A stretch of 64,000 nucleotides of DNA from Candidatus Woesearchaeota archaeon (GTDB taxonomy: Archaea > Nanobdellota > Nanobdellia > Woesearchaeales > JAFGPW01), in the NCBI GenBank assembly GCA_016935985.1, contig JAFGPW010000006.1, positions 89,047 through 153,046 on the forward strand, in the 5' to 3' direction. Below are positions 1 to 9,025 of the stretch, piece by piece. The notes beneath the pieces were generated by a model. That model worked only from the letters and a program-made list of their open reading frames with translations, had not been told where the DNA came from and ran no database searches. The stretch's first letter is position 1, and the number at the start of each line of letters is the position of its first letter. Position numbers and translations under genes: made by a program.

Positions 1-807
1 CCAGCCGCCGATACTGCCGTCGGAGGCCACCACACGGTGACATGGCACGACCGGCGCGCAGGGATTGCGCTTCATAGCCATCCCGACCGCACGATAGGCG
101 GACATCCCCATGCTGCGGGCGATATCGGCATAGGTCGTCACCTTCCCTTCAGGGACCGAGAAGCAGCGCTGCGCCACTGCGTGATGGAACGGCCGGAGGA
201 GCGCCATCTCGAGGTAGCCGAGGACCTGGCCGAAGCTCCGATCGTCCGGCGCGCCGATATACTGTCTGGCGAGCGAACGCACTATGCGCGCATCGACCGT
301 CCGCCCCATACGCTCCCAGACGGCTTCCAGGTTCCCTGACGCGACGAACTGGCAGAACTGGGTGACATTATGGGCCCTGAGCCGCAGGGCGCACCGCTCG
401 AAGTCTATGAGCACCGCATTGCCGCGGGGGGTCACGATGACGTGCCTCGTCGGATGGTGCATCTCCTCTTTCTGGAGGCCTGCGCGATCGAGGGCGTAGC
501 ACTGCGCGAAGACGTCCTGCAGCAGGCCGAGCGCCTTGCGCGGCGTCGCCGACTTGAGCCGGGGCACTATCTCCGTGCCTTCGACGAACGCCATCACGAG
601 CTCAGCGCCGTCGTACGATATGAACCGTGGGCCGATGCCGAGGCTGTTCACCCGCTGCAGCATCGCCGCCTCATGCGCGATCCTTCCCACCGCCCTGCTC
701 TCCGGCCGGGCGCGCTTGATCGCGACCTTATTCCCATCGAGCATGCCTACTTCCACGATGCCGCGCTTCCCGCGCGCGAACGGCCGTCTCTTGGTTATCG
801 CGCTCAT
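1..807 (-). CDS. ogt: Partial (3' end beyond window edge) fusion protein: N-terminal protein-kinase-like domain (Bud32/RIO/Kdo-kinase-like) + C-terminal O6-alkylguanine-DNA alkyltransferase (MGMT/Ogt) DNA-binding/active-site domain
   Basis: Manual reverse-strand translation of 1-807 gives one uninterrupted frame: MSAITKRRPFARGKRGIVEVGMLDGNKVAIKRA...VLIDFERCAL...FHHAVAQRCFSVPEGKVTTYADIARSMGMSAYRAVGMAMKRNPCAPVVPCHRVVASDGSIGGW. The PCHRV active-site motif and the TYGDIA/NP helix-turn-helix motifs of MGMT are present; the N-terminal part has a Gly-rich loop, a VAIK lysine and a DFG-like DFE. ATG at 805-807 overlaps the stop of the upstream gene (ATGA). The six-frame track does not list it because it runs off the edge. 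Confidence 0.6.
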   Translation of the reverse strand, partial: MSAITKRRPFARGKRGIVEVGMLDGNKVAIKRARPESRAVGRIAHEAAMLQRVNSLGIGPRFISYDGAELVMAFVEGTEIVPRLKSATPRKALGLLQDVFAQCYALDRAGLQKEEMHHPTRHVIVTPRGNAVLIDFERCALRLRAHNVTQFCQFVASGNLEAVWERMGRTVDARIVRSLARQYIGAPDDRSFGQVLGYLEMALLRPFHHAVAQRCFSVPEGKVTTYADIARSMGMSAYRAVGMAMKRNPCAPVVPCHRVVASDGSIGGW

Positions 808-1727
808 CGTCTCCGTACCGACAGAATTTCGGTTCCGTACACGAACGAATCGATCGACCCGTAGAGGAAGTCGGGGATGCCGTCCATCTCGAAATACCCC
901 GCCACCGGGATGCCCTTATAGGCCACGAACATGCCCCTTTTCACCTCGGCGAGGAGCTTTTTATCGAACTCGAACGCGTAGTAGGTGAGCTCGCCCTCCT
1001 GCTTGACCATCGGATGGACGAGGGCGCGCGTCTTCTTGCCGATGACCATGAAACCGGAGAAATCCGGGTCGCCGAGCAGCCTGAAGAGCGCCGAGAAAGG
1101 GTCATACCGACGCTGGTCGCCGCGCGAGAAGACATAGGAGGTGTCTTTCGGCGAGCCGCCGGGCCTCGGGACACGCTCTTCGATCACCACCGTATCGCCG
1201 CTCGCGTTGAAACTGTATCTCCTGAACCCGTCATCCCGCTCGCCGTTCTCGAGATGGATGTTCTCTGAGAAGCTGACCGGATAGCCGTGGCTGTCAAGAA
1301 GTGCCTCATACCGGTACTCGTCGAGATCGGAGAAAGCGTCGATGACCGCCGCAAGGTCGGTGACCCCGGCGGTGACGGTCCTGGTCCCAGCATCGTAGCG
1401 GAGGCTCGCGGTGCCGAGCCTGACATTCCCGAGCAGGCTGATGATCGGGATGCTCCCCTTGAGCGCATAGGTGGCGGTGAACGGTGTGTAGGGGAATCCC
1501 TCGACACGGTCGAGGACAGCGAGGTCGAGGGAGCCGAGATCATCCTCGATCATCCCGAGCCGGTCTTCGAGACCAGGAAGGAATAAGACCTGCCGCTCGT
1601 GCTGCGCCTCGAACCGCTGCTGCGGCAGCATGCCCGTCCTCGGCCCATCCTGTCCTGCGGCGTTGCCGGCAAGGCCGAGCAGGAGCGCCATCACGACCGC
1701 CTTTCTCGATAGGCCCATCATCCCCAC
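804..1727 (-). CDS. Secreted hypothetical protein (N-terminal signal peptide)
   Basis: 307-aa ORF with an N-terminal hydrophobic signal (MGMMGLSRKAVVMALLLGLAGNAAGQ). The body is non-repetitive and not a GC-shadow; no recognisable catalytic motif. Confidence 0.5.
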   Translation of the reverse strand: MGMMGLSRKAVVMALLLGLAGNAAGQDGPRTGMLPQQRFEAQHERQVLFLPGLEDRLGMIEDDLGSLDLAVLDRVEGFPYTPFTATYALKGSIPIISLLGNVRLGTASLRYDAGTRTVTAGVTDLAAVIDAFSDLDEYRYEALLDSHGYPVSFSENIHLENGERDDGFRRYSFNASGDTVVIEERVPRPGGSPKDTSYVFSRGDQRRYDPFSALFRLLGDPDFSGFMVIGKKTRALVHPMVKQEGELTYYAFEFDKKLLAEVKRGMFVAYKGIPVAGYFEMDGIPDFLYGSIDSFVYGTEILSVRRR

Positions 1728-2260
1728 CTGAGCGCGTAGACGTAGAGCCGCTCGAAATCGAGCGCCTGCTCGCGCAGCAGCTCTGCGGAATACCCTTCCT
1801 GCGCCATGATCGCCTCGACCACTTCCTTCCCGGTACGGGACGAGAAGAGCAGCAGCACTCTGCCATCAGGGTTGAGGTGGCGCTTCGCGCCCATGAGGAA
1901 CCGCTCGATCAGCTCATGGCCCCTCAGCCCGCCGTCGAGCGCGATGTCCTTCGCACGCGGGTCGTCAGGCAGGTACGGCGGATTGAAGACGATGAGGTCG
2001 AACCTGCCCTTGATGTCCGCGAAGAGATCGGACTCGATCCAGGTTATCTTCGGCAGCCGCAGACGCTTTCCGAGGACGATCGCTTGGGGGTTGATGTCTG
2101 CTGCGACCACCTCGTCCGCATACCTGGCCGATTCCCTGGCAAGGACGCCAGAGCCAGTGCCCATGTCGAGAACCCTGCCCCTGGCGTACGGCCTGATGCA
2201 CTGCAGCAGCAGGTAGGAATCCTCCCGCGGCTCATAGACCGGATGCCCCTCATCTGCCAT
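1718..2260 (-). CDS. HemK/Mtq2-family protein (release factor glutamine) N5-methyltransferase, small MTase domain
   Basis: NPPY motif (FNPPYLPDD), SAM motif I (VLDMGTGSGVLA) and VYEPREDSYLL, typical of archaeal Mtq2/PrmC-like enzymes. Start placed at MADEGHPVYEP, ~25 nt downstream of the bidirectional TATA at 2283-2296. Confidence 0.7.
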   Translation of the reverse strand: MADEGHPVYEPREDSYLLLQCIRPYARGRVLDMGTGSGVLARESARYADEVVAADINPQAIVLGKRLRLPKITWIESDLFADIKGRFDLIVFNPPYLPDDPRAKDIALDGGLRGHELIERFLMGAKRHLNPDGRVLLLFSSRTGKEVVEAIMAQEGYSAELLREQALDFERLYVYALRWG

Positions 2261-2282
2261 GCAGGGGCGGCAAATAAGCAAA

Positions 2283-2296
2283 ATTTATAAATATAG
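2283..2296. promoter_or_regulatory. Palindromic TATA element (aaatttataaatat) serving divergent genes at 2260 (-) and 2325 (+)
   Basis: AT-rich TATA box centred ~25-35 nt from both start codons in an otherwise GC-rich context. Confidence 0.5.
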
Positions 2297-2324
2297 TGTG
2301 CTCGACAGCGGTCAGGGGGAGGTC

Positions 2325-2588
2325 ATGGAGCTGGATGCTGTCCAGGACAGTGGAAAGAAGGTTTCTCAGTTCGCGAGCCAGGAGGAGTTCGACGCCTATA
2401 TCAGGAAGCTCCCCTTCACCAAGAAGTGCATGCTCATAACCGGGACCGTGGTCGCGCTGTGCTCTGACTGCACCCACCGCTGCGTCTACCGGGGGGATGA
2501 GACCTACACGCTCAGGTACGGCAAGCTCCCCGAGTGCAAGCGGGAGAACATGCTCCGGCTCAAGCGCATCCTCGGCGAACGGAAGTGA
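2325..2588 (+). CDS. Small Cys-containing hypothetical protein (CxxC...C, possible Zn-binding)
   Basis: ATG at 2325 preceded by a GGGGGAGGT Shine-Dalgarno-like sequence; 87 aa containing CSDCTHRC. The longer ORF start at 2259 lies inside the TATA region. Confidence 0.4.
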   Translation: MELDAVQDSGKKVSQFASQEEFDAYIRKLPFTKKCMLITGTVVALCSDCTHRCVYRGDETYTLRYGKLPECKRENMLRLKRILGERK

Positions 2589-2594
2589 CGACGT

Positions 2595-3020
2595 TCAGGT
2601 CACGAACGAGGTCGAGCCGCCGATCTCGAGCCGCCCTTGCGCGCAGCCCCCTTCTTCTGCGAGGAGCACCACGACCCTGAACTCCTTCTGGCTGTCTGCT
2701 ATGGTGTCGGCGTCCCAGACATAGCCGATGACCTCGAACCCTTGGGTGTCCCTGGGAAGGATCTCGGTGTCGAAGACGACGTTGAGGTTGCCGGTGAGGC
2801 CGGGCCGCGATATCTTCCAGAACTCGTCGGAATAGATGTTCGCGACCGTGCACGGCGCGCTTCCGGTGTTCGTGATCTCGAGATATATCGGGAATTCCCT
2901 GAACTGGGAGACATTGAAGGAACCAAGGTATTCAAGCTTGGTGACCTCGAGCCTGCCTTCCCCACAGCCCGCTACAAAGGGAAGGAGGATCAGCATGAGC
3001 ATTATCGGAAGCGGACGCAT
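2595..3020 (-). CDS. Small lipoprotein (lipobox LPFVAGC)
   Basis: N-terminal MRPLPIMLMLILLPFVAGC signal with lipobox cysteine; 141 aa. Confidence 0.5.
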   Translation of the reverse strand: MRPLPIMLMLILLPFVAGCGEGRLEVTKLEYLGSFNVSQFREFPIYLEITNTGSAPCTVANIYSDEFWKISRPGLTGNLNVVFDTEILPRDTQGFEVIGYVWDADTIADSQKEFRVVVLLAEEGGCAQGRLEIGGSTSFVT

Positions 3021-3263
3021 CAGCGAACCTCGCCCATATCTTGGGCATAATGCCTATTTAATACTTGCTACATATATGCCATGCCGGGCTTCGCCTCACC
3101 TTTATATATGAGAAGCGATTCTCATGATCACAGCATGCTAATCGCACGCGGAACGGACGCTGGTTCTATCATCATTATCCGGTGAGAGCCCCTTTCTCAG
3201 GGCTCCTGCAGCGAAACATTTAAAGGGCAGCATCCGCTCGCGTGGAAGGCAGAAGGGACAACC

Positions 3264-6200
3264 ATGGCAGAAGGCTACGACCCGCAGGAGATCGAGGCCG
3301 GCATCCTCAGGCACTGGAGGAAGGAGCAGACCTATCAGAAGGCCAAGGACCGGGGGAAGGGCAAGCCGCAGTGGTACTTCCTCGACGGCCCGCCCTACAC
3401 CTCAGGGAAGGTGCATATCGGCACCGCCTGGAACAAGTCCCTCAAGGACGCGATCCTGCGCTACAAGCGCATGAAGGGGCTCGACGTCTGGGACCGGGCG
3501 GGCTACGACATGCACGGCCTCCCCACTGAGAACGCCACGCTGCGCAAGCTTGGCATAGAGACCAAGGAGGAGGTCGAGCGTTTAGGGGTGCCGCGGTTCA
3601 TCGGGGAATGCAAGCGGCTCTGCGTCGAGAACATGCTCCTCATGAACGAGGACTTCCAGCGCCTCGGCGTCTGGATGGACTTCGAGGGCGCCTACCAATC
3701 CATCAGCAAGGAATTCATGGAGGGCGAGTGGTGGCTGATCAGGAAGGCGCACGAGAACGGCCGGCTGTACGAGGGCCTTCGCACCATGACCTGGTGCCCG
3801 ATATCCGAGTCCGCGCTCGCCAAGCACGAGCTCGAGTACAGGACCGTCGAGGACGACTCCATCTTCGTCAAGATGCTGATCGAGGGCACCGAGGATGAGT
3901 ACCTCGTCATCTGGACGACGACGCCGTGGACGATCCCGTTCAACCTCGCCATCATGGCAGGCCCTGACATCGACTATGTCAAGGTCAAGGTCGAAGGCAC
4001 CGGCGAGAAGTGGGTAGTCGCGAGCAAGCTCATCGGCGTCTTCATGGGAGGCGTCGTCGACAGGAAGTACGAGGTTGTCGAGGAGATGAAAGGGACCGAC
4101 CTCGAGGGCTTGCGGTACGTGCACCCCTTCTATGAGGACCTCAGGAATGTCTACGACCCGATCATCACGGCATCGAAGAAGGCCTTCTCCGTGCTGCTCT
4201 CGAGCGAGTACGTCGACACGAGCGCCGGCACCGGTCTCGTCCACTGCGCGCCCGGCTGCGGGCCCGAGGACTATGAGATAGGGTACCGGAACGGCATCCC
4301 CGCCTTCAACACGATCGACACGAAGGGCGTCTTCCCGGAGGAGATGGGCCCGTTCGCCGGGTGGACCGCGAAGAAGGACGACCCTAGGTTCATCGAGCAC
4401 CTGGAGAGGAAAGGAGCGCTCATCGCGACCACCAGGGTCGAGCACGAGTACGCGCACGACTGGCGGCACCACAAGCCCGTCATCTTCAGGACGACCAAGC
4501 AGTGGTTCTTCAGGATAGAGGACCTGAAGGAGAAGATGATCGCGGCGAACAAGGATATATCCTGGGTCCCGGAGAGCGCGTTCAACGCCTTCGAGTCGTG
4601 GCTCACGAACCTGCGCGACAACTCGATATCGAAGCAGCGGTACTGGGGGACGCCCTTGCCGATTTGGCGGAACGAGGACGACCCCGACGATTACATCGTG
4701 GTGGGATCGGCAGCAGAGCTCGAGAGGCTGTCAGGCACGAAGGTCGACGACCTCCACATACCTGCGGTCGATCCTGTCATCATCAGGAAGGGGAAGAGGA
4801 CCTACCGCCGCGTGCCTGACATCCTCGACGTCTGGGTCGACGCAGGAACGGTCTCATGGAACTGCCTCGACTTCCCGCACCGGAAAGACCTCTTCGAGCG
4901 GCTCTTCCCGGCGGACTTCATCCTCGAGGGGAAAGACCAGTTCAGGGGATGGTTCAACCTGCTCCTCGTCGCCTCAATGGTCTCGATGGAGCGGCCGTCG
5001 TTCAGGAATGTCTATGTCCACGGATTCGTCCAGGACGCGCAGGGGCGGAAGATGAGCAAGTCACTCGGGAATTACATCCTGCCGAGCGAGGTGGTGGACA
5101 CGTATGGCGCCGACGCGTTCAGGTACTACACGATCGGCGGCAGCAAGGCAGGGATAGACCTCAACTACAACTTCGACGACCTGCGCATCAAGCAGCGCAA
5201 CCTCGGCATCCTCTGGAACCTCTCCCGCTTCGTGATCGACTATGCAGCACAGCTCGGCAAGAATCCTCTCGATCTCGACAGAGGGCTCCTGGAGAAAGAT
5301 CTCGGGACCGAGGAGCGCCACATGCTCTCGCGCATGCACTCCGCGATTCGGAAGGCGGGCGATCTCTTTGAGCAGTACCGCATCGACGAGGTCCCAGCCG
5401 TCGTCGAGGATCTCTTCCTCGAGCTCTCGCGCGGCTACATCCAGTTCGTCCGCGAGAAGGCGCAAGGTGACGACGGGAACGAGCAGGAGCTGGTGCTCCA
5501 CACCATATTCTCCGTGCTCGACACCGCGCTCACGCTCTTCGCGCCGATCGCGCCCTTCATCACCGAGCGGATATTCCTCAACCTCAAGGGGCTATTCGGG
5601 CTCCCGGGGAAGAGCGTCCACCTGCGCGCCTGGCCTGAGGCGGACGTCGCGCGAATCGACCGGGCGCTGGAGAAGGAGATGGCGATCGCCGAGGAGGTCA
5701 TCCAGTCGGCGCTCAACGCGCGCGAGCGCGCGAACCTCGGGGTCAGATGGCCGGCAAAAGAGCTCGTGCTCACGACGACCGACAGGGGGATCATCGCCGC
5801 TGTCGAGCGGATGCGCGACCTTATCAAGGGCCAGGTGAACGCGAAAGACATCACCATCGTCCCGTCGTTTCACGCGGTGCGTCTCTCGGTGCGGCCTGAC
5901 TACAGGCAGATCGGGCCCGACTTCGGCGAGCGAGCGCCGCGGATCATCGCGAAGCTCGCGTCAGAGTCGGCAGCGACCATCCTCTCCCATATCGAGCGCG
6001 AGCGCAAGCACCTCATGCGGGTAGACGGCGAGGAGGTGGCGATCGTGAAGGAGCACCTCATCGTCGAACGCACGGTCGACGACCGGTATGTGGAGAGCCC
6101 GACGCGGCATGGCTTCGTCTACCTCGACACCCTGCGCGACGACGAGCTCGACGGGGAGGGCTTCGCGCGCGAGATCATGCGCAGGACCCAGGCGCTCCGG

Positions 6201-6419
6201 AAGAAGGCAGGTCTCGAGAAGAGGGACCGGATCGACCTTTTCCTCCGGCTGGGGAAGGGGCTCTACCGGCTGGTCAAGCCGCACGAGAAGGCGATCGCGG
6301 GAAAGACCGGCGCCTCGCGCATCCAACTCGCGACCGAGGATCTCAAGGGCGACTGGGAGCACGCGTCAGAGCAGAAGGTAAAGGGCGAGCGCTTCGATAT
6401 CTACCTGAAGAAGGCGTGA
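3264..6419 (+). CDS. ileS: Isoleucyl-tRNA synthetase (archaeal/eukaryal type)
   Basis: 1051 aa; class I aaRS HIGH-like motif (PPYTSGKVHIGTAWNK), KMSKS motif (GRKMSKSLGN), editing and anticodon-binding regions. Confidence 0.95.
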   Translation: MAEGYDPQEIEAGILRHWRKEQTYQKAKDRGKGKPQWYFLDGPPYTSGKVHIGTAWNKSLKDAILRYKRMKGLDVWDRAGYDMHGLPTENATLRKLGIETKEEVERLGVPRFIGECKRLCVENMLLMNEDFQRLGVWMDFEGAYQSISKEFMEGEWWLIRKAHENGRLYEGLRTMTWCPISESALAKHELEYRTVEDDSIFVKMLIEGTEDEYLVIWTTTPWTIPFNLAIMAGPDIDYVKVKVEGTGEKWVVASKLIGVFMGGVVDRKYEVVEEMKGTDLEGLRYVHPFYEDLRNVYDPIITASKKAFSVLLSSEYVDTSAGTGLVHCAPGCGPEDYEIGYRNGIPAFNTIDTKGVFPEEMGPFAGWTAKKDDPRFIEHLERKGALIATTRVEHEYAHDWRHHKPVIFRTTKQWFFRIEDLKEKMIAANKDISWVPESAFNAFESWLTNLRDNSISKQRYWGTPLPIWRNEDDPDDYIVVGSAAELERLSGTKVDDLHIPAVDPVIIRKGKRTYRRVPDILDVWVDAGTVSWNCLDFPHRKDLFERLFPADFILEGKDQFRGWFNLLLVASMVSMERPSFRNVYVHGFVQDAQGRKMSKSLGNYILPSEVVDTYGADAFRYYTIGGSKAGIDLNYNFDDLRIKQRNLGILWNLSRFVIDYAAQLGKNPLDLDRGLLEKDLGTEERHMLSRMHSAIRKAGDLFEQYRIDEVPAVVEDLFLELSRGYIQFVREKAQGDDGNEQELVLHTIFSVLDTALTLFAPIAPFITERIFLNLKGLFGLPGKSVHLRAWPEADVARIDRALEKEMAIAEEVIQSALNARERANLGVRWPAKELVLTTTDRGIIAAVERMRDLIKGQVNAKDITIVPSFHAVRLSVRPDYRQIGPDFGERAPRIIAKLASESAATILSHIERERKHLMRVDGEEVAIVKEHLIVERTVDDRYVESPTRHGFVYLDTLRDDELDGEGFAREIMRRTQALRKKAGLEKRDRIDLFLRLGKGLYRLVKPHEKAIAGKTGASRIQLATEDLKGDWEHASEQKVKGERFDIYLKKA

Positions 6420-6500
6420 GAGCCCGGAATAGGAGTCATCTCCTGCCAGGCACGGAAAAGCTTATTAAGTCCGCCAGCCAGGACACGGTCGATAGACACC

Positions 6501-7283
6501 ATGCGAACGACCATATTCTGGTTCTCCGGCACCGGCAACTCGCTGAAGGTGGCGAAAGACCTCGCCGAGAAGCTCGACGGCGACGTCACGCTCGTCCCTA
6601 TCGCGACAGCAATCCGGAAGCAGCCCGACCTCACTGCCGACAGGATCGGCCTCGTCTTCCCGACCTACGCCTGGGGGCCGCCGTACATCGTGGCGCAGTT
6701 CCTCTCGAAGGTGAAGACGAGCAAGTATGTCTTCGCGGTCGCGACCGCCGGCGCGTCCTCCGCAGGCTGCATGGAGTATGTCAAGAAGGGTCTCGCCGCC
6801 GTCGGCACCGGCCTCGACGCCGGCTGGGTCGTGCTGATGCCGTCGAACTATCTCCCGTTCGGCGGGCCGCCGGCGGAGGGGAAGCGGAAGGAGCTGTACG
6901 CCGCCGAGCAGGCGCGGATAGCCGAGATCGCGGCCGCGATAGGACAGAAACGTTCAGGCGTGCTCGAGAAAGGGAACCTCGTCGTGAACGCGATACTGAC
7001 CGGCTTCGTCTACCAGAAGGGGATCGCGCGGTTCAGGGAGGCAGACCGCGAGTTCTGGGTGAATGACCGATGCATCTCGTGCGGCAGGTGCGCGCTCATC
7101 TGCCCGGTGGGAAACATCAGGATGGCGAACGGCCACCCGACCTGGCTGCACCGCTGCGAGCAGTGCCTCGCCTGCATCCACTGGTGCCCGAGCGAGGCGA
7201 TCCAGCTCGGCACGAAGAGCGAGGGCAAGCAGCGCTACCATCATCCTGACATCGCGGTGGAGGAGCTGTTCCTGCGGACGTGA
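6501..7283 (+). CDS. Flavodoxin-like domain protein with C-terminal 2x[4Fe-4S] ferredoxin domain (EFR1-family ferredoxin-like)
   Basis: N-terminus MRTTIFWFSGTGNSLKVAKDLAEKL (flavodoxin fold) and two CxxCxxCxxxCP clusters (CISCGRCALICPVG, CEQCLACIHWCPSEA). Confidence 0.75.
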   Translation: MRTTIFWFSGTGNSLKVAKDLAEKLDGDVTLVPIATAIRKQPDLTADRIGLVFPTYAWGPPYIVAQFLSKVKTSKYVFAVATAGASSAGCMEYVKKGLAAVGTGLDAGWVVLMPSNYLPFGGPPAEGKRKELYAAEQARIAEIAAAIGQKRSGVLEKGNLVVNAILTGFVYQKGIARFREADREFWVNDRCISCGRCALICPVGNIRMANGHPTWLHRCEQCLACIHWCPSEAIQLGTKSEGKQRYHHPDIAVEELFLRT

Positions 7284-8239
7284 GGGTCATGGCGCCGAGG
7301 ATCTCCATCATCGTCCCGACGCTCGATGAGGAGGAGTACCTGCCAAAGCTCCTCGAATCGGTCAGGCACCAGACCTTCAGGGACTATGAGATCATCGTCG
7401 CCGACGCCGGGTCGTCTGACCAGACCCGCGCGATCGCGCGCGCCTACGGCGCGAAGGTCGTCGATGGAGGGATGCCCGGCGCCGGAAGGAACGCGGGCGC
7501 GAGAGCGGCGAGGGGCGAGCTCCTCTTCTTCTTCGACGCTGATGTCAAGATACCGAAGGAGTTCCTGCGAAAGGCCTACGACGAGATGCAGGAGCGCTTC
7601 CTGGACTTCGCCACCTGCGAATTCCGCCCGCTCTCGACGCATGTCCTCGACCGGTTCATCTGCAACCTCTTCAACGCGAACATCAAGATGATGCAGTACT
7701 CGGACCCGCATGCGATGGGGTTCGCGATCTTCGTGACGCGGCGGCTCTTCGAGCGGGTCGGCGGCTTCGACGAGACGATCCGGGTGTCCGAGGACCACGA
7801 CTTCGCGCGCCGGGCGAGCGTCTACCGGCCGGTTCGCGTGCTCCATTCGACGACGCTCTCCGTCTCCGTGCGCCGGCACATGAAGGAAGGGAGGCTCGCC
7901 TACCTCAACAAGTCCCTCAGGATCGTGCTGTTCCGGTTCTTCAGGGGAGAGCTGCGCGACGACATCATCGAGTACGAGTTCGGCTACGGGAAGAGGAAGC
8001 CTATCGACGACAAGCTGCGCAGGATGGAGCGCCAGCTCGAGAGCATGAACCGGAAGTACAACCACTGGGCGAAGCGGCACCTCAAGGGGGACGGGCTGAG
8101 GATTGAGGAAGGCCTCCGGAAATTCTACGGCCAACTCGATGCGCTCAACCGGCGCTTCGTCGGCTTCGTCACAGCAAAGAGGGGTCGTCCACCATCTCAG
8201 GATCAGAAAGCGAAGGCTTCTCGGACAAGAGCCTCCTGA
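7280..8239 (+). CDS. Family 2 glycosyltransferase
   Basis: ISIIVPTLDEEEYLPKLLESVRHQTF, DAGSSD and a DAD motif (FFFDADVKIP), typical of GT-A fold GT2 enzymes. Confidence 0.75.
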   Translation: MRVMAPRISIIVPTLDEEEYLPKLLESVRHQTFRDYEIIVADAGSSDQTRAIARAYGAKVVDGGMPGAGRNAGARAARGELLFFFDADVKIPKEFLRKAYDEMQERFLDFATCEFRPLSTHVLDRFICNLFNANIKMMQYSDPHAMGFAIFVTRRLFERVGGFDETIRVSEDHDFARRASVYRPVRVLHSTTLSVSVRRHMKEGRLAYLNKSLRIVLFRFFRGELRDDIIEYEFGYGKRKPIDDKLRRMERQLESMNRKYNHWAKRHLKGDGLRIEEGLRKFYGQLDALNRRFVGFVTAKRGRPPSQDQKAKASRTRAS

Positions 8240-8501
8240 CGGTCTTCTTGAAGGCCTCGATCTGCTTCTCGGTGAGCGAGTTCTGGTTGATCGCCTTGAT
8301 CTTGATGTCCCGTAGGAACGGGTCCATGCGATACAGATCCTCGGGGATGTCGCACAGCTTCGATAGCTCGGGGTCCCTGATCTTCCCGGCAAGCTGCCCC
8401 TTCTGGCAGTCGTAGCAGACCGGGAACCGGTTGCGCGTCGTCGTGAGCACGAAGTTCCTGCGGCATCGCACGCACTTCTGCTTGAATCTGGGCCGTGGCA
8501 T
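8169..8501 (-). CDS. Zinc-ribbon-containing hypothetical protein
   Basis: Only the C-terminal 110 aa of track ORF 8169-8756 look coding (MPRPRFKQKCVRCRRNF...FPVCYDCQ); the upstream part is a GC-shadow. ATG at 8499-8501. Confidence 0.4.
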   Translation of the reverse strand: MPRPRFKQKCVRCRRNFVLTTTRNRFPVCYDCQKGQLAGKIRDPELSKLCDIPEDLYRMDPFLRDIKIKAINQNSLTEKQIEAFKKTVRRLLSEKPSLSDPEMVDDPSLL

Positions 8502-8502
8502 C

Positions 8503-8931
8503 TTAACGGTACATCTCCTTGCCTTCGCGCCTGAGCTTCCGGTGCTTGAAGAGGTCATAGACCCCAGCGACCAGTTGCGGGACGATCCTGCCGCCGAGGA
8601 GCGCGATGCCGCCGGCGATCGCGCCGCCGTACGTGAGCGCCTTGTAGACCAGAGAATCATAATCGACCCGTGGATTCGAGTAGTCCTTGAAGGTGGTTCC
8701 CCGATAGCCGTTGCCGCCGAAGGTCTTCTTCCCCGAGACAGCGCTGTAGCCGGCACCGATGGGGTCCACGCACATCTTGAACCCGTCGACGAGACCGCGG
8801 ACGATGGTGTCGATCGTGCTGTAGCGGGGCTTCAGGGCATCTCCCATGTCGAGCGCAGGGGACATGCGAGACAGGGAGGCACAGCCCATATTTAAAGCCT
8901 CCTCCAGAAGGTTTATATAATGCCATTCCAT
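8503..8931 (-). CDS. Hypothetical small protein with Gly-rich C-terminal hydrophobic segment
   Basis: Coding-like part of track ORF 8503-9165 starts at MEWHYINLLEEALNMGCA (ATG 8929-8931). Confidence 0.35.
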   Translation of the reverse strand: MEWHYINLLEEALNMGCASLSRMSPALDMGDALKPRYSTIDTIVRGLVDGFKMCVDPIGAGYSAVSGKKTFGGNGYRGTTFKDYSNPRVDYDSLVYKALTYGGAIAGGIALLGGRIVPQLVAGVYDLFKHRKLRREGKEMYR

Positions 8932-9025
8932 CTCCTCATGGATAAAGGGGTGAACGAGCCCCGGCTGGTTCTCGGTTGGGATATTGATAGGTTTAGGTGA
9001 TAGGTTTAGGGCAAAGGTGATCAGA

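Noticed and set aside
37-988. Four overlapping plus-strand ORFs (37-339, 284-499, 370-864, 536-988)
   Set aside because: Arg/Ala/Pro-rich shadow ORFs; the minus strand carries a continuous, motif-bearing kinase-like::Ogt frame over the same span.
3582-4472. 296-aa minus-strand ORF inside ileS
   Set aside because: Antisense shadow of a well-supported ileS; extreme R/P/G/A composition typical of high-GC noncoding frames.
7241-8392. 383-aa minus-strand ORF
   Set aside because: Antisense of the flavodoxin/ferredoxin and GT2 genes; low-complexity RS/RP-rich.
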